This document shows positions 13,101-25,239 of a DNA stretch of 64,000 nt, piece after piece; position 1 is the stretch's first letter, and the number at the start of each line of letters is the position of its first letter. The notes under the pieces were generated by a model, which saw only the letters and a program-made list of their open reading frames with translations, was not told where the DNA came from and made no database searches. This DNA comes from Phoronis australis (lineage: Eukaryota; Animalia; Phoronida), in assembly GCA_002633005.1 (NCBI GenBank), contig NMRA01000004.1, positions 1,774,891 through 1,838,890 on the forward strand. Reading direction: 5' to 3'. A program made the position numbers and the translations under genes.

Positions 13101-14633
13101 TCATTTTCATCACGGCTACACAAGCATTAAGGAACAAGGCATTTGGTATTGCACTGTGATTATCCCTTCAAGCAGCTATAAACTTGATTTCTGTCCAAGA
13201 AGCGAACCTTTGATTCAGACCACCACTCATTGCTACAAAATGAGTCTCAACTTGTTCCTTACTCAGAAGGAGAAATGATTTCTGTGTAATTGCAAATGAT
13301 TGACAGTTCATTATTCCTTAAGATCATGTTCAGGGCAAAAATAAAATGCCACGACAAGACAATTTATAGAACCTTTGAACTAACAAGAAACTGCCAGTTC
13401 TGTTGAAGCCCTCAAATCATGTCAAATGACTAAGGAACAACTGTACAGCAAGTGGTCTAAACTGAAAATGATTTTTTTTGTGTTGCAGTGATCAATTACT
13501 CTTATAAACCATGATGTGGCCTGTTCAAACATCCACTGCAAAAAGCTGTTCAAATGCCTGGCAATCTTCAGCAAACAAAAACAATACCATAGCAATATCT
13601 CAGTCATTTTGGACAGTAAAAAAATAATGACGACATGTCAGAAATGACTTAAGATTTTACCGTATACCAACAATTGTTTCCAGTAGGAAATCTGTTTCTC
13701 AGGAGCACCAAAACCTGTAACAATCATTTAATATCCTACGCAGTGCTAATTAACTTCAAACTGGAATAAATCAATTTCACATTAAATCTTCTTGCTGAAT
13801 CAATGTATTCCATTCAGTCCATAGTTTTAGCATGTTTATTTAAGAATGATAACTGGATGAATAAAAAACAAAACAAAAAAGATCAATTCCACCACAAAGC
13901 ATGAGCCAAAACAATGACTTTAAAGTCACTGCAAGGAACCTTAAAAACTTACATTTGACAAGTCAAGTTGAAAATTGACCAGATATAGACTGAGATGGTA
14001 CATATTCTATCACGTCATCCGTTTCAGCTGACTTACAATACTTTTTTCTTTGCCAGGACTCACTCACCATACTTCTTAACATTACGCTTTGGTGTTTTTG
14101 AAAAAACACTGAAACATTTCAGTGGCTGACAGACTTAGTTTTTGCATTTATTTTTTATCTACAGATTCGATTTGACTTATTACAAGTAAAGGATACAGTT
14201 GTGTAACCTTTGCCTTCAAGTCCTCAAGCTCCTGTGTTAGTGCATCTAACCTGAAAACAGATACAATCAGTGAATAAGGTAATAACAGAAGAACATCAAT
14301 ACCACACGTGTCCTATGACTCATTTTGGAGACTGAGCTTGATGTGTCTCCTGGCTGTTTCAGCTAGAAAAAAGTGTCTGTACAGGATGAGTTTAGTAAAT
14401 GTAACCAAGGATACTAGTTTAGAGAATATTCCAGCCACGTATGACAATGGTGGCCCATATCACTGCTTTTATCGTGGTGAAATTCCTAATGACTTAAGGT
14501 ATATCAGAATGGTTTCTTTGTACAAAAAGAATTCAAAAAGTGATGTTAGTAATTACATACCATAAGTTTCAATTTTTAAGTTTGATCATGTCTAAGACTT
14601 TTGAAAGGGTTGTGCACAATGACAATCTAATGG

Positions 14634-14671
<38 letters not shown>

Positions 14672-16230
14672 TGTGTGTGTGTGTGTGTATGTTATGGGAT
14701 ACCACAAGGGTCCATTATTAGTCCACATTTACTTTTACTAATGAACTAGAAATGGCTAGTACTATAAACTGCTAATGTATGCTGATAATTCTGCACTTCA
14801 GACCTCCAGTATGTGATGCTCTCACAGATGACCTTAAATGTTTGACAATGAATGGCTAGTGAGAAAGCTTTGTCCCTTCTTTTGGGTAAACCTGGGTCAA
14901 TTTTGTTTGGTGAAATGTAAACTAGTCATATTGTAAACTTTTTATGTCATCCTACTACCTCAGATTCAAAGTAAAACGTGTGAAATGTCTAGGTAAGGGA
15001 ATTAATCAAACTCTAAATGGATAGTCTATGTCAGATGAAGTGGCTAACCTTTGATTTAGACAAGTAAACAGCTATAAAAGTGATTCAAGTGGTTCCTAAT
15101 TCAGATAAGAAATGGTTTTTGGGTTTATAAGTTTGATCATGCTTGGAACTGAAGTTGATCCAATGTAAATTTGCACTGACTCATGAAATGACAAAGTGTC
15201 TCCAAACCTAGAAATAACCTTTAATTTAAAGAAGGAACAATTCCAGACCAATTTTATAACTGTTCAGAGGTCAACGTCAACAGTATTAGAAGGTAGATTT
15301 ATGGCGGCTTTAGGTTCCATGTCGACCTGGGATGGTTAGGATCTTTGCAGAAATATGCATATGTGTCTTCTGTGAGCAACTGGCCAAAACACATGGCTAA
15401 CTGACGATCTGCCCAGCTGACCACAATGATGGAGTAGACAATACCTGATCCACAGGCGATCATGCCAAAACCAACACAACACTCATTACCAGCAATTCAT
15501 CTTTGAATGAGAAAAAATCACCCGCAATTAATATTTTTGTTTAAGAGAAATGTAAGTTTTTAAATTTTCTGCCTTGTTAAGAGATATTCTAATGAAGATG
15601 TAGGAAATGTGATTTGTCTTGTTCACAAACTCAATGACATATTGTAGCCGTAGGACAACAATTTTGGTCATTTCTAAATGCAGTCAGTTGTTTTTATTTT
15701 ATTGATATCATAACTACAAGAGTGTGCGAATAGTCTTGTGCACATTGTTCATTGCCCTATTGAGAGACGAAGTATCATAAACTCTGGATAATCAAATGTT
15801 TGATGGTTGTTAAAGCAGCAAAGCCAAGGCAAAAGCAAACTGATAAAAAAACTTCAAAAACAGGGAAACCCTCTCATGGAGATTAATAGTAAGTAAACAT
15901 TAAATTTCACAGAATAAGTTTTTACATTTTGTTCTGAACCTTTTTTTCGTTCCACATCACTGTCTTCATGGCTTCAGTATAACTGGAGCTAAATCGTCAT
16001 CCAAGACAGTGCTCAAATCAAAGACAAAGCCCAAGCAACTGGTCACGCACTACTACTACGTCTACGAATCCAGTCGACTTTTCACAAAAAAGTTGTGCTA
16101 AATTACAATATACTTACTCTTGTTGCAACAAAACCTCCTTTTCTGTAGGTTCCCCTGCACTCCCATCGTCTTGCTTTTTACTCGATTCCTTGCCTTTCTT
16201 TCCCTTTTTCTTACCTTTTTTGGGAGGCAT
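10167..16230 (-). CDS. CCDC166: Coiled-coil domain-containing protein 166-like (DUF4515 family), ~310 aa
   Basis: Seven phase-consistent exons: 16230-16118, 14250-14197, 13115-13061, 12390-12246, 11658-11579, 11169-10993, 10475-10167 (933 nt). The protein MPPKKGKKK...RDENEWLQAEA...YMSYM...LSDQN...QTARIKELEKE...HTDRIKLENRKLRHELL...LLREQEYAQDL parallels vertebrate CCDC166 throughout. Confidence 0.85.
14490..14990 (+). mobile_element. Degraded CR1/L2-type LINE reverse-transcriptase remnant with an internal (GT)n tract (14636-14688)
   Basis: Frameshifted motifs LYKKNSKSDVSNY, KTFERVVH, GIPQGSIISP and a YADN-like catalytic motif, in CCDC166 intron 1. Confidence 0.75.
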
Positions 16231-16499
16231 TTGTACCTTTTCACTTTGAAGCGTAGCCGGAAGTTTCTGTTTCCAAGCAGGGTGAAGTTCTAATGTATTA
16301 TTGATATTAGTTTGGTATGTGTGTTTCACAGCGAATTTATTTCTGATATGATTTGTGCAAGTAAGTAATAAAGTCTTATTTCCTAATACTGTATCACTAA
16401 TATTTGACAATTAAGCAGATAAATGTATACGAAAAAAATTGTAAAGTTATGATGAATCGATTAGTAACTTTACATTAGTTGACCTACTTTTATGAAAAC
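16231..16499. promoter_or_regulatory. Putative bidirectional promoter between CCDC166 and LSM11
   Basis: The divergent ATGs are only 269 bp apart. An ETS/GABP-type CCGGAAGT lies at 16257-16264. Confidence 0.65.
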
Positions 16500-19400
16500 A
16501 TGTCTGCGCCTAGCGCGGTTGATTTAACATCACCAGATTTTGATCCATTGCTTGCTCTTTATTCAGAAGAAGTTCAGCTTCCTTGTCCGGACGTTTTACC
16601 TTATGATAATCTTGCTCAATATGAATCTAGTGCTAAAAATGACAGTGAAACTGCAGGAAGTCGGAAAGCGGTGACAGTCGAAGAGGCTTTGCACGCGAGA
16701 AAAAGTAGATGGAGTGCTCGTGAGGGGAGACCAGCACAAGAGGATGACAGAAAACGAGATCCAAATACTTTTTACACTTTTGTAGCCACTCAAAAGAAAA
16801 AGAAATTTAATGTTCTTACAAGGATGAGAGGTTAGAATAACCTTTACTTCCAATCGATCTACGGCCAATAGCCACCAACTTTTGGAATCCTTCAAATTTC
16901 AAATACAAATAGCTGTGTAAAAGTCAAATGTGAAATAGACGGTCCCCTCTTCAAAATGGCTGCCGCAAACCAGTTTCACTGAATAACACTAATGGCTGTT
17001 CTTCAGTAAAAACTGATTCCCGGCAGTCATTTTAAAGATGGCCACTTCTATTTGACTTTTACAAATAGTTGTTGAATCATGGCATTTCCGTAAACTGTTA
17101 GTGTTAATGGATGCATGCAGTGGTAGAATCCCAAAAGCTTTTTATCCTGGAATTGGAACTCTGTGCTTGGCTAACCTGAATACACGAACGCAATCAGCTT
17201 ATCATAATCAAAATGACCGAGAGCAATTACCCAATGGACAAATCTTTCGAGGGTTGGCCAACAAGCTCAGTGACCCTGCAACTATGGTGATGACCAGCTA
17301 CTTACTATTCCTTGTATCNNNNNNNNNNNNNNNNNNNNNNNNNNNNNNNNNNNNNNNNNNNNNNNNNNNNNNNNNNNNNNNNNNNNNNNNNNNNNNNNNN
17401 NNNNNNNNNNNNNNNNNNNNNNNNNNNNNNNNNNNNNNNNNNNNNNNNNNNNNNNNNNNNNNNNNNNNNNNNNNNNNNNNNNNNNNNNNNNNNNNNNNNN
17501 NNNNNNNNNNNNNNNNNNNNNNNNNNNNNNNNNNNNNNNNNNNNNNNNNNNNNNNNNNNNNNNNNNNNNNNNNNNNNNNNNNNNNNNNNNNNNNNNNNNN
17601 NNNNNNNNNNNNNNNNNNNNNNNNNNNNNNNNNNNNNNNNNNNNNNNNNNNNNNNNNNNNNNNNNNNNNNNNNNNNNNNNNNNNNNNNNNNNNNNNNNNN
17701 NNNNNNNNNNNNNNNNNNNNNNNNNNNNNNNNNNNNNNNNNNNNNNNNNNNNNNNNNNNNNNNNNNNNNNNNNNNNNNNNNNNNNNNNNNNNNNNNNNNN
17801 NNNNNNNNNNNNNNNNNNNNNNNNNNNNNNNNNNNNNNNNNNNNNNNNNNAACACAACCGAGGTAGAACAATGACTGACTCGGCAGCTCTCACAGTCAGA
17901 CTATATGAAAAGAAATTGGCGCGAAATGCTTGCCTCCTAAAACGTCACTTCCGGAGTAGCGGAGGAGTAATTAATAAAATTACGAAAAGCTGTAATTAAG
18001 TGGAAAATATGTCTAGGATAACCAACCAACCTTATTTTATCTCAAAATGACATGGAAAAAGGTTGCCTTCGCCTTTAATGGATGCATGCAGTGGTAGAAT
18101 CCCAAAAGCTTTTTATCTTGGAATTGGAACTCTGTGCTTGGCTAACCTGAATACACGGACGCAATCAGCTTATCATAATCAAAATGACCGAGAGCAATTA
18201 CCCAATGGACAAATCTTTCGAGGGTTGGCCAACAAGCTCAGTGACCCTGCAACTATGGTGATGACCAGCTACTTACTATTCCTTGTATCTCTTACTTCAC
18301 TTTATGGATGTTACATGAACTGTATGTTGGCACTTGCTGTCTTTTGTATTTTTATTATCCTGATGATGTCTAATGAATAGATGAAACGATGATTGAACAT
18401 GAACTTTTTTAATTTGTACGGCGATCATCCGTTTTTAATCAATATTTATTCTGAAACTAAATATCATTTTACTGTGTGTTCAGCTTTGGGTATTACATTG
18501 CAAAACTTGCACCATTCACAGATGAGTACTATAAAGGACCATTAACACTTCTGACAAAATGTGTCAAAGAGAGGAGGCGAGTCAAGGTATGGACCAGAGC
18601 TGCCCAACATGTGAGAGGGTTCTGTACTGGCTTTGTTGTGGTCTTTGATAAACACTTCAATATGGTAAGTTCTTTTTATTCTATGATTGATTCAGTGTTT
18701 GGTACCAGAATAAGTTATTTGGCTCATGAAATGCTAGCATATGGTTGCATCGAAAAAGGATGTTTGATTCGTGCATATGTTAGGCGATTTGGACCCAGAA
18801 ATAGGAATAGTAATACATAGCCTGCCACATCACATTTTCAAAATTTTTGCAGGTTTTGGAATTTTTTCTGATTAGGTAAGTGAGGTGGAAATTTAGCATT
18901 TTGTAATTTTTACAAAATTATATATATGATGCGACAATAGGTGCACCCATATGCATGCTCCTGGGTAGTGTAATAAGATTGACTTAGTCCATAGCCAGGT
19001 GATAATTAATTGGCAATGATTCGTAAATATGGCCTAATTATTATAATTGTTTTTTTATGTTAGCATTTTAATTATATTGGATGGTATCCAAGACCTAGTT
19101 TTGAATTCAGATGTCTTTTAATGTTCTCAAATTTCTTCAGTTCTATCTGAGAGTCATTACCAGCTCAGCTTTTTGTTGTTCCTGATCGAAACATTATCTG
19201 TTAGTTGTCTGTTATTTGTAGGCATTGGTTGATGTGGATGAGAGTTATCTTCCAGTGAACGTTGAACAAGAAACAAGCTCTTACAAAAGAAGGAAGAAAA
19301 GAACCAAAGTACTGTCTCATGTTTATTTGCCTTTCTCTGACCATTTGCTTGTATAACTTTTGCTGTTGCACCCTTTTAAGGCCTTAAGCTTGGATCATGC

Positions 19401-21853
19401 TGTCGTCAAGCATTAGATATATTGGCATTAATTAGTAAGTCTATTAAGCGCTATCTATGACTTTCTTTTCTTGTAATTAACATTTGGAAATAGTTATTAA
19501 TTTCACCCCACTGCTTCATAGAACCCAAATTATGTCCTGTTTCTAGACTCCCAAACAAAAATATGCAAACCTGTCATGAAATAGCCCAGCACAGGAAATT
19601 TCAATGATTTTGACCTAGATGTGATGCCCAGTCATGTGATCTGTAGTATGATCTTTGATCAAAACAACTACCTCACTGTGGTACTGCAGGTAACACTGAT
19701 TGTTTTACAGGTTCACGAATTAATCAATTGTTTTGGTTTTGGTTTTAAGACGTATAGAGTTCTGTTTCAGGGCATTAAGTTGAAGAAGATGGAATATAGG
19801 CAGATCTTATATACTTTTGATGTTATTGCTAATCATTAAAGGATTGATGTTGGATTAGGTGTAAAGGTGCTTTCCCATTGAGCCTTTATTCTTTTGGCCT
19901 AATATTCTTTACTGACCGCAAGCGTCCTAACTTATATGGCAAAGGTAACGTACTACCAGATTAACTTTACTGTGAAATCAAATTTGGGATGGGATTAGTG
20001 ACCAGTATTAAATGTAGGCTAACAGCATAAGTCAGTGGAAACACTTCTTCAGCGGAATAATGACCACCACAGTAAAATGTTCTCCTCAGTTTGACGAGAG
20101 TTCGTCTGAACGTGTTCAGTTTACTCCCATTAGCTTCCATTTCAATCTCAGTATTCGGATCGCATTAGCATTGTGTGTTTGTTCTTCTATTTGGTTAATT
20201 CGTTGACTTAGATTTACGTAGAATATTTGAAAGACATCAGCACCAGTGTTTCTTTTTACCAGAATGTTTTGTCTGCCAATGGGAAAGTTAAATCGACACT
20301 CTCTAACCGACACATGTATTCGAGAAGCTAACTCTGCAATTTGAAATAGGAGAAAATACGCGTTGAAAAATACCCACGTTGAAAAGTACCCACGTTGAAA
20401 AATACCCACGTTGAAAATTACCCACGTTGATTACTAGGTCTGCCTGAAATAAAAAGCTTCGAAATACTTCGACTTACTGCGGAATTTCATTATTGCTCCT
20501 TTGGCACTGAATATGTACGTGCTCTTATATGGATTAAAGTAGGTCAGCTACGAAATGTTGCATGTAGACCACCTGTTATTTCAATTATGAAGAATAAAGT
20601 TGTTGTGTAATATTGCGAGGTTATGGTAGATTTTAGACATGGTTAGTGTAAATTTCAATAACGCAACCATTCTTAGTGCGGTGCAGAAGATGCCAACAAC
20701 GCGATGTCTGCGGGGACCACTGCCACTTTCGATGACTGTTACGCCTGTGAACTTGAAATTGCAAGTGAAACATTTGAAAAAATGAGTACTAGATAATTAA
20801 AAGTAGAAATACATCTTAGTGTGTATCATACAACATAGGTCATACATCGTCGGCCCAATTTTTATCCGAGAAAGTCAACTTCGACTTAAATGAGGGATGA
20901 TTTCCTTCGGGGACCGGACTTTAATCAGTATGGACCGGTGTTTCAAAAACCCGGAAAAAACCCTGACAATACAACTCAAACAAGCATCTTGTTTGGCCCA
21001 TTTTGCTTCACCTCTATCTGGGACTCGTTTTACATGGTCAGATACATGCGCCATCTGTGGTCTTAACCCTTTAACCTTAGATATTCACTACGGTGCCTGT
21101 TAATGTGGTCCAGTGGGAACACTGGCAATTTACTAGAGTTGCTTATATTAATATTATGTTAGGCTGGTTCTTTATTCCAGTTTAAGCTGTGGGTAGTGAC
21201 TTAAAAGTCGGCCATTCCAATTTTCTGCTGATTAAGTGTTGATTTCAAGAGGCTTTACTTACAACTGATCTCGTCTTTGGAAGTGTGTTTTCATGCTGGA
21301 CTTTTTGTTTCAGAAAAAAGCATTGCAAAGAATAGCAAAAGACAGCAATGAATGTGAGCCTCAGGAAACAGATGGGGATAACAAACGTAGTATTCCTGAA
21401 ATGGGCGGTGTGGTTGAGTTGTTATCCTGGAGAGGAGACCATGATGTAAGTAGTGAGAGACTGGTACATGGTGAAAAAGTGACTGGACACTCATCAGCTA
21501 AGGAGAAGGTTAGCTCTTCTGAGTCATCAAGTGGAACACCAATCAAAGGCAACATTGACGAGTCTTGTGATGTTGAGGCTCTCACTGAAAAATTGAAACA
21601 TTTACAAGAAGAGCTGGCACATCTACCTGACAATGAGTCCAGTGTGTCTGCTGATGTTAGAGGTGATGTGCAGGCTACAACTGTAGAGCCAGGGAGCTTT
21701 CTTATGGACAAGGGAGAGAAGGAGAAGACTTTGGTAAATCTCAACGTACAGCATAGAAAAAGCAGGACAGCTGTACAGTACCTGCAAAGACACGTAGGCC
21801 AGTTAATGATCAGAGGAGATAACGTAGTTATGGTGGCACTTGTGGACCAGTAA
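16500..21853 (+). CDS. LSM11: U7 snRNA-associated Sm-like protein LSm11
   Basis: Exons 16500-16830, 18522-18664, 19222-19308, 21314-21853. Hallmarks: DLTSPDFDPLLALYS, PYDNLAQYE, NVLTRM, GPLTLL..CV, Sm1 [25 protein letters not shown] and a distant Sm2 RHVGQLMIRGDNVVMV. Confidence 0.95.
16916..17062. repeat. Degenerate palindromic MITE-like element
   Basis: GTAAAAGTCAAAT..AAAATGGCTGCCG..ACTGAA pairs with TTCAGT..CGGCAGTCATTTT..ATTTGACTTTTAC. Confidence 0.6.
17319..17850. other. Assembly gap
   Basis: Run of N. A second short gap is at 31287-31310. Confidence 1.
17851..18074 (-). mobile_element. Left (THAP-proximal) end of the Kolobok family element in LSM11 intron 1; the remainder is hidden in the gap
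   Basis: Matches 34408-34630 and 63150-63270 and ends GGTTGCCTTCGCCT|TTAA. Confidence 0.85.
20358..20428. repeat. 16-bp tandem repeat CCCACGTTGAAAAATA (allelic copy at ~22672-22775)
   Basis: About 5-6 adjacent copies, resembling a DNA-transposon subterminal array. Confidence 0.85.
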
Positions 21854-23910
21854 AAGCTACATGTAATGGAAAGCCATNAAACAAAAATATGAAAACCTGT
21901 CATGAAATAGCCCAGCACAGGAAATTTCAATGATTTTGACCTAGATGTGATGCCCAGTCATGTGATCTGCAGTATGATCTTTGATCAAAACAACTACCTC
22001 ACTGTGGTACTGCAGGTAACACTGATTGTTTTACAGGTTCACGAATTAATCAATTGGTTTTAAGACATATAGATTTCTGTTTCAGGGTATTAAATTGAAG
22101 AAGATGTAAAATAGGCAGAACTTATGTACTTTTGATGTTATTGCTAATCATTAAAGGATGGACGTTGGATTAGGTGTAAAGGTGCTTTCCCATTGAGCCT
22201 TTATTCTTTTGGCCTAATATTCTTTACTGACAGCAAGCGTTCTAACTTATGTGGCAAAGGTAACATACTACCAGATTAACTTTACTTTGATATCAAATTT
22301 TGGATGGGATTAGTGACCAGTATTAAATGTAGGCTAACACCGTAAGTCAGTGGAAACACTTATTCACTGGAATAATGACCACCACAGTAAAATGTTCTCC
22401 TGAGTTTGACGAGAGTTCGTCTGAACGTGTTCAGTTTACTCCCATTAGCTTCCATTTCAATCTCAGTCTTCGGATCGCATTAGCATTGTGTGTTAGTTCT
22501 TATATTTGGTTAATTCTTTGAGTTAGATTTACGTAGAATATTTGAAAGACATCAGCACCAGTGTTTCTTTTTACCAGAATTTTTTGTCTGCCAATGGGAA
22601 AGTTAAAGCGACACTCTCTAACCGACACATGTATTCGATAAGCTAACTCCGCAATTTGAAATAGGAGAAAATACACGTTGAAAAATACCCACGTTGAAAA
22701 GTACCCATGTGGGCACGTTGAAAATTACCCACGTTGAAAGATACCCACGTTGAAAAATACCCACGTTGAAAAATACCGGCTAAAATTCTAGAACTCACCT
22801 GCCATACAAATGTTATCAGTCTTTGAAGATGCAAACTTGCTAAATCTTGGCACTAATTCTGTCTACTTGTTTGCGCTGTTCAAACTTTTGCGACTGAAAA
22901 ACTTGCTTTCAAAACACTTGGGCAATGCATTGTATGCCAGGGTATTAATGCGTGAGAATGATGCAGTAGACATTTTGCAAGAAAAAAATCTTGTGTCTAT
23001 TGTTGAATACGTATTCAATAACTAGGTCTGCCTGAAATAAAAAGCTGCCTTCGAAATACTTCGACTTACTGCGGAATTCCATTATTGCTCCTTTGGCACT
23101 GAATATGTACGTGCTCTTATATGGATTAAAGTAGGTCAGTCACGAAATGTTGCATGTAGACCACCTGTTATTTCAGTTATGAAGGATAAACTCGTTGTGT
23201 AATATTGCGAGGTTATGGTAGATTTTAGATATGGTTAGTGTAAATTTCAATAACGCAACCATTCTAAGTGCGGTGCAGAAGATGGGGACCACTGCCACTT
23301 TTGACGACTGTTACGCCTGTGAACTTGAAATTGCAAGTGAAACATTTGAAAAATGAGTACTAGATAATTAAAAGTAGAAATACATCTTAGTGTGTATCAT
23401 ACAACATAGCTCATACGTCGTCGGCCCAATTTTTATCCGAGAAAGTCAACTTAGACTTAAATGACGGACGATTTCCCTCGGGGAGCGGACTTTAATCAGT
23501 ATGGACCGGTGTTTCAAAAACCGGAATAACCTCTAAAAACTTAGGACAATGCAACTCGAAAAAGCATCTTGTTTGGCCCATTTTGCTTCACCTCTATCTG
23601 GGACTCGTTTTACATGGTCAGATACATACGCCATCTGTGGTCTTAATCCCTTTAACCTTAGATATTCACTACGGTGGCTGTTAATGTGGTCCAGTGGGAA
23701 CACTGGCAATTTACTAGAGTTTCTTATGTTAATATTATGTTAGGCTGGTTCTTTATTCCAGTTTAAGCAGTGGGAAGTGGCTTAAAAGTCGGCCATGTAA
23801 GCATTCAATTATTCCAATTTTCTGCTGATTAAGTGTCGATTTCAAGAGGCTTTACTTACAACTGATCTCGTTTTTGGAAGTGTGTTTTCATGGTGGACTT
23901 TTTGTTTCAG

Positions 23911-24450
23911 AAAAGAGCATTGCAAAGAATAGCAAAAGACAGCAATGAATGTGAGCCTCAGGAAACAGATGGGGATAACAAACGTAGTATTCCTGAAATG
24001 GGCGGTGTGGTTGAGTTGTTGTCCTGGAGAGGAGACCGTGATGTAAGTAGTGAGAGACTGGTACATGGTGAAAAAGTGACTGGACACTCATCAGCTAAGG
24101 AGAAGGTTAGCTCTTCTGAGTCATCAAGTGGAACACCAATCAAAGGCAACATTGACGAGTCTTGTGATGTTGAGGCTCTCACTGAAAAATTGAAACATTT
24201 ACAAGAAGAGCTGGCACATCTACCTGACAATGAGTCCAGTGTGTCTGCTGATGTTAGAGGTGATGTGCAGGCTACAACTGTAGAGCCAGGGAGCTTTCTT
24301 ATGGACAAGGGAGAGAAGGAGAAGACTTTGGTAAATCTCAACGTACAGCATAGAAAAAGCAGGACAGCTGTACAGTACCTGCAAAGACACGTAGGCCAGT
24401 TAATGATCAGAGGAGATAACGTAGTTATGGTGGCACTTGTGGACCAGTAA
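23911..24450 (+). CDS. LSM11: Second (allelic) copy of the LSM11 terminal exon, followed by the continuing 3' UTR
   Basis: Identical to 21314-21853 except K>R, H>R and one silent change. The TTTCAG acceptor is intact. Confidence 0.8.
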   Translation, partial: KRALQRIAKDSNECEPQETDGDNKRSIPEMGGVVELLSWRGDRDVSSERLVHGEKVTGHSSAKEKVSSSESSSGTPIKGNIDESCDVEALTEKLKHLQEELAHLPDNESSVSADVRGDVQATTVEPGSFLMDKGEKEKTLVNLNVQHRKSRTAVQYLQRHVGQLMIRGDNVVMVALVDQ

Positions 24451-25239
24451 AAGCTACATGTAATGGAAAGCCATTACTGTCAGGCAGCGTGGAACTCCTG
24501 ATGGCCCCTGGCTGTACAGGGATGTACATCTACTTTTTGTGAGGAAAATAACCATGGAAGATGAAAAATTTTTCTTAGAAGATCGTGGAAACAATATGAT
24601 CTTTGCAGTGGAAGGCATAGAGGAACACATTAAACAAGTAACCATTAGGGTTATATAGGCTTAATGTTAGGTGTTCCACGGTAGAGTGATGTCAATGTTC
24701 TTCAGGTAGAGGTCAATAGGACACGTTGGTCCCATGTCAATGTTGCTTCTTGAACGTCTATTTCATTATAAGAACAATGGCAGTATGTCAGTGGTATCAG
24801 TTTTGGAGATGACTATTTATTCACTATTGGCTGCTTTGGTAATGTGCAACTAAATGTATTGTCAACTGACAACAACTTCACGTTTACTGAGGTGGTTGCT
24901 TTTGTTTTGATAATATATAATTTTTTTATGTCATCTGATTTTGTGTTGTTTGTATGTTCTTGTTTTATGACTGCAAGAAATACATTTCGCAGATTTTAAA
25001 TGAAAGAGATTCCGTGTTGTTTAAACTGGTCTTATTCTCATGTTGCAGGTTGGTTGAGGTCGATGACATGCTTTATTGAATTCTACTATTTTATCACACA
25101 GGTTGCAATCTCTAGTTTTATACCTTGTGGAAATGGGGTAACTTAATTTGAACTATTTTCTTTCCCAAAGTGTTTAGAAAATGTCTGTTTGGTTGTTAAT
25201 TGCAGTATGAGTTGGCTAGAAAAGGTCGTCAGCAGTAGC

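Larger units (their letters stand above)
19553..24474. other. Duplicated ~2.3/2.6-kb block across a single N (two haplotypes of LSM11 intron 3 plus the last exon)
   Basis: 19553-21877 matches 21879-24474 with SNPs and indels; the second copy has an extra ~245 bp at ~22778-23022. The junction is the N at 21878. Confidence 0.85.

Noticed and set aside
17101-17893. Long ORFs of 184-257 aa
   Set aside because: They are produced by translating through the N gap.
16231-25200. U7 snRNA gene or histone stem-loop near LSM11
   Set aside because: No U7-type Sm site with a 3' hairpin and no histone stem-loop consensus was recognised by eye; an Infernal search would be needed. The long Sm1-Sm2 spacer is normal for LSM11.
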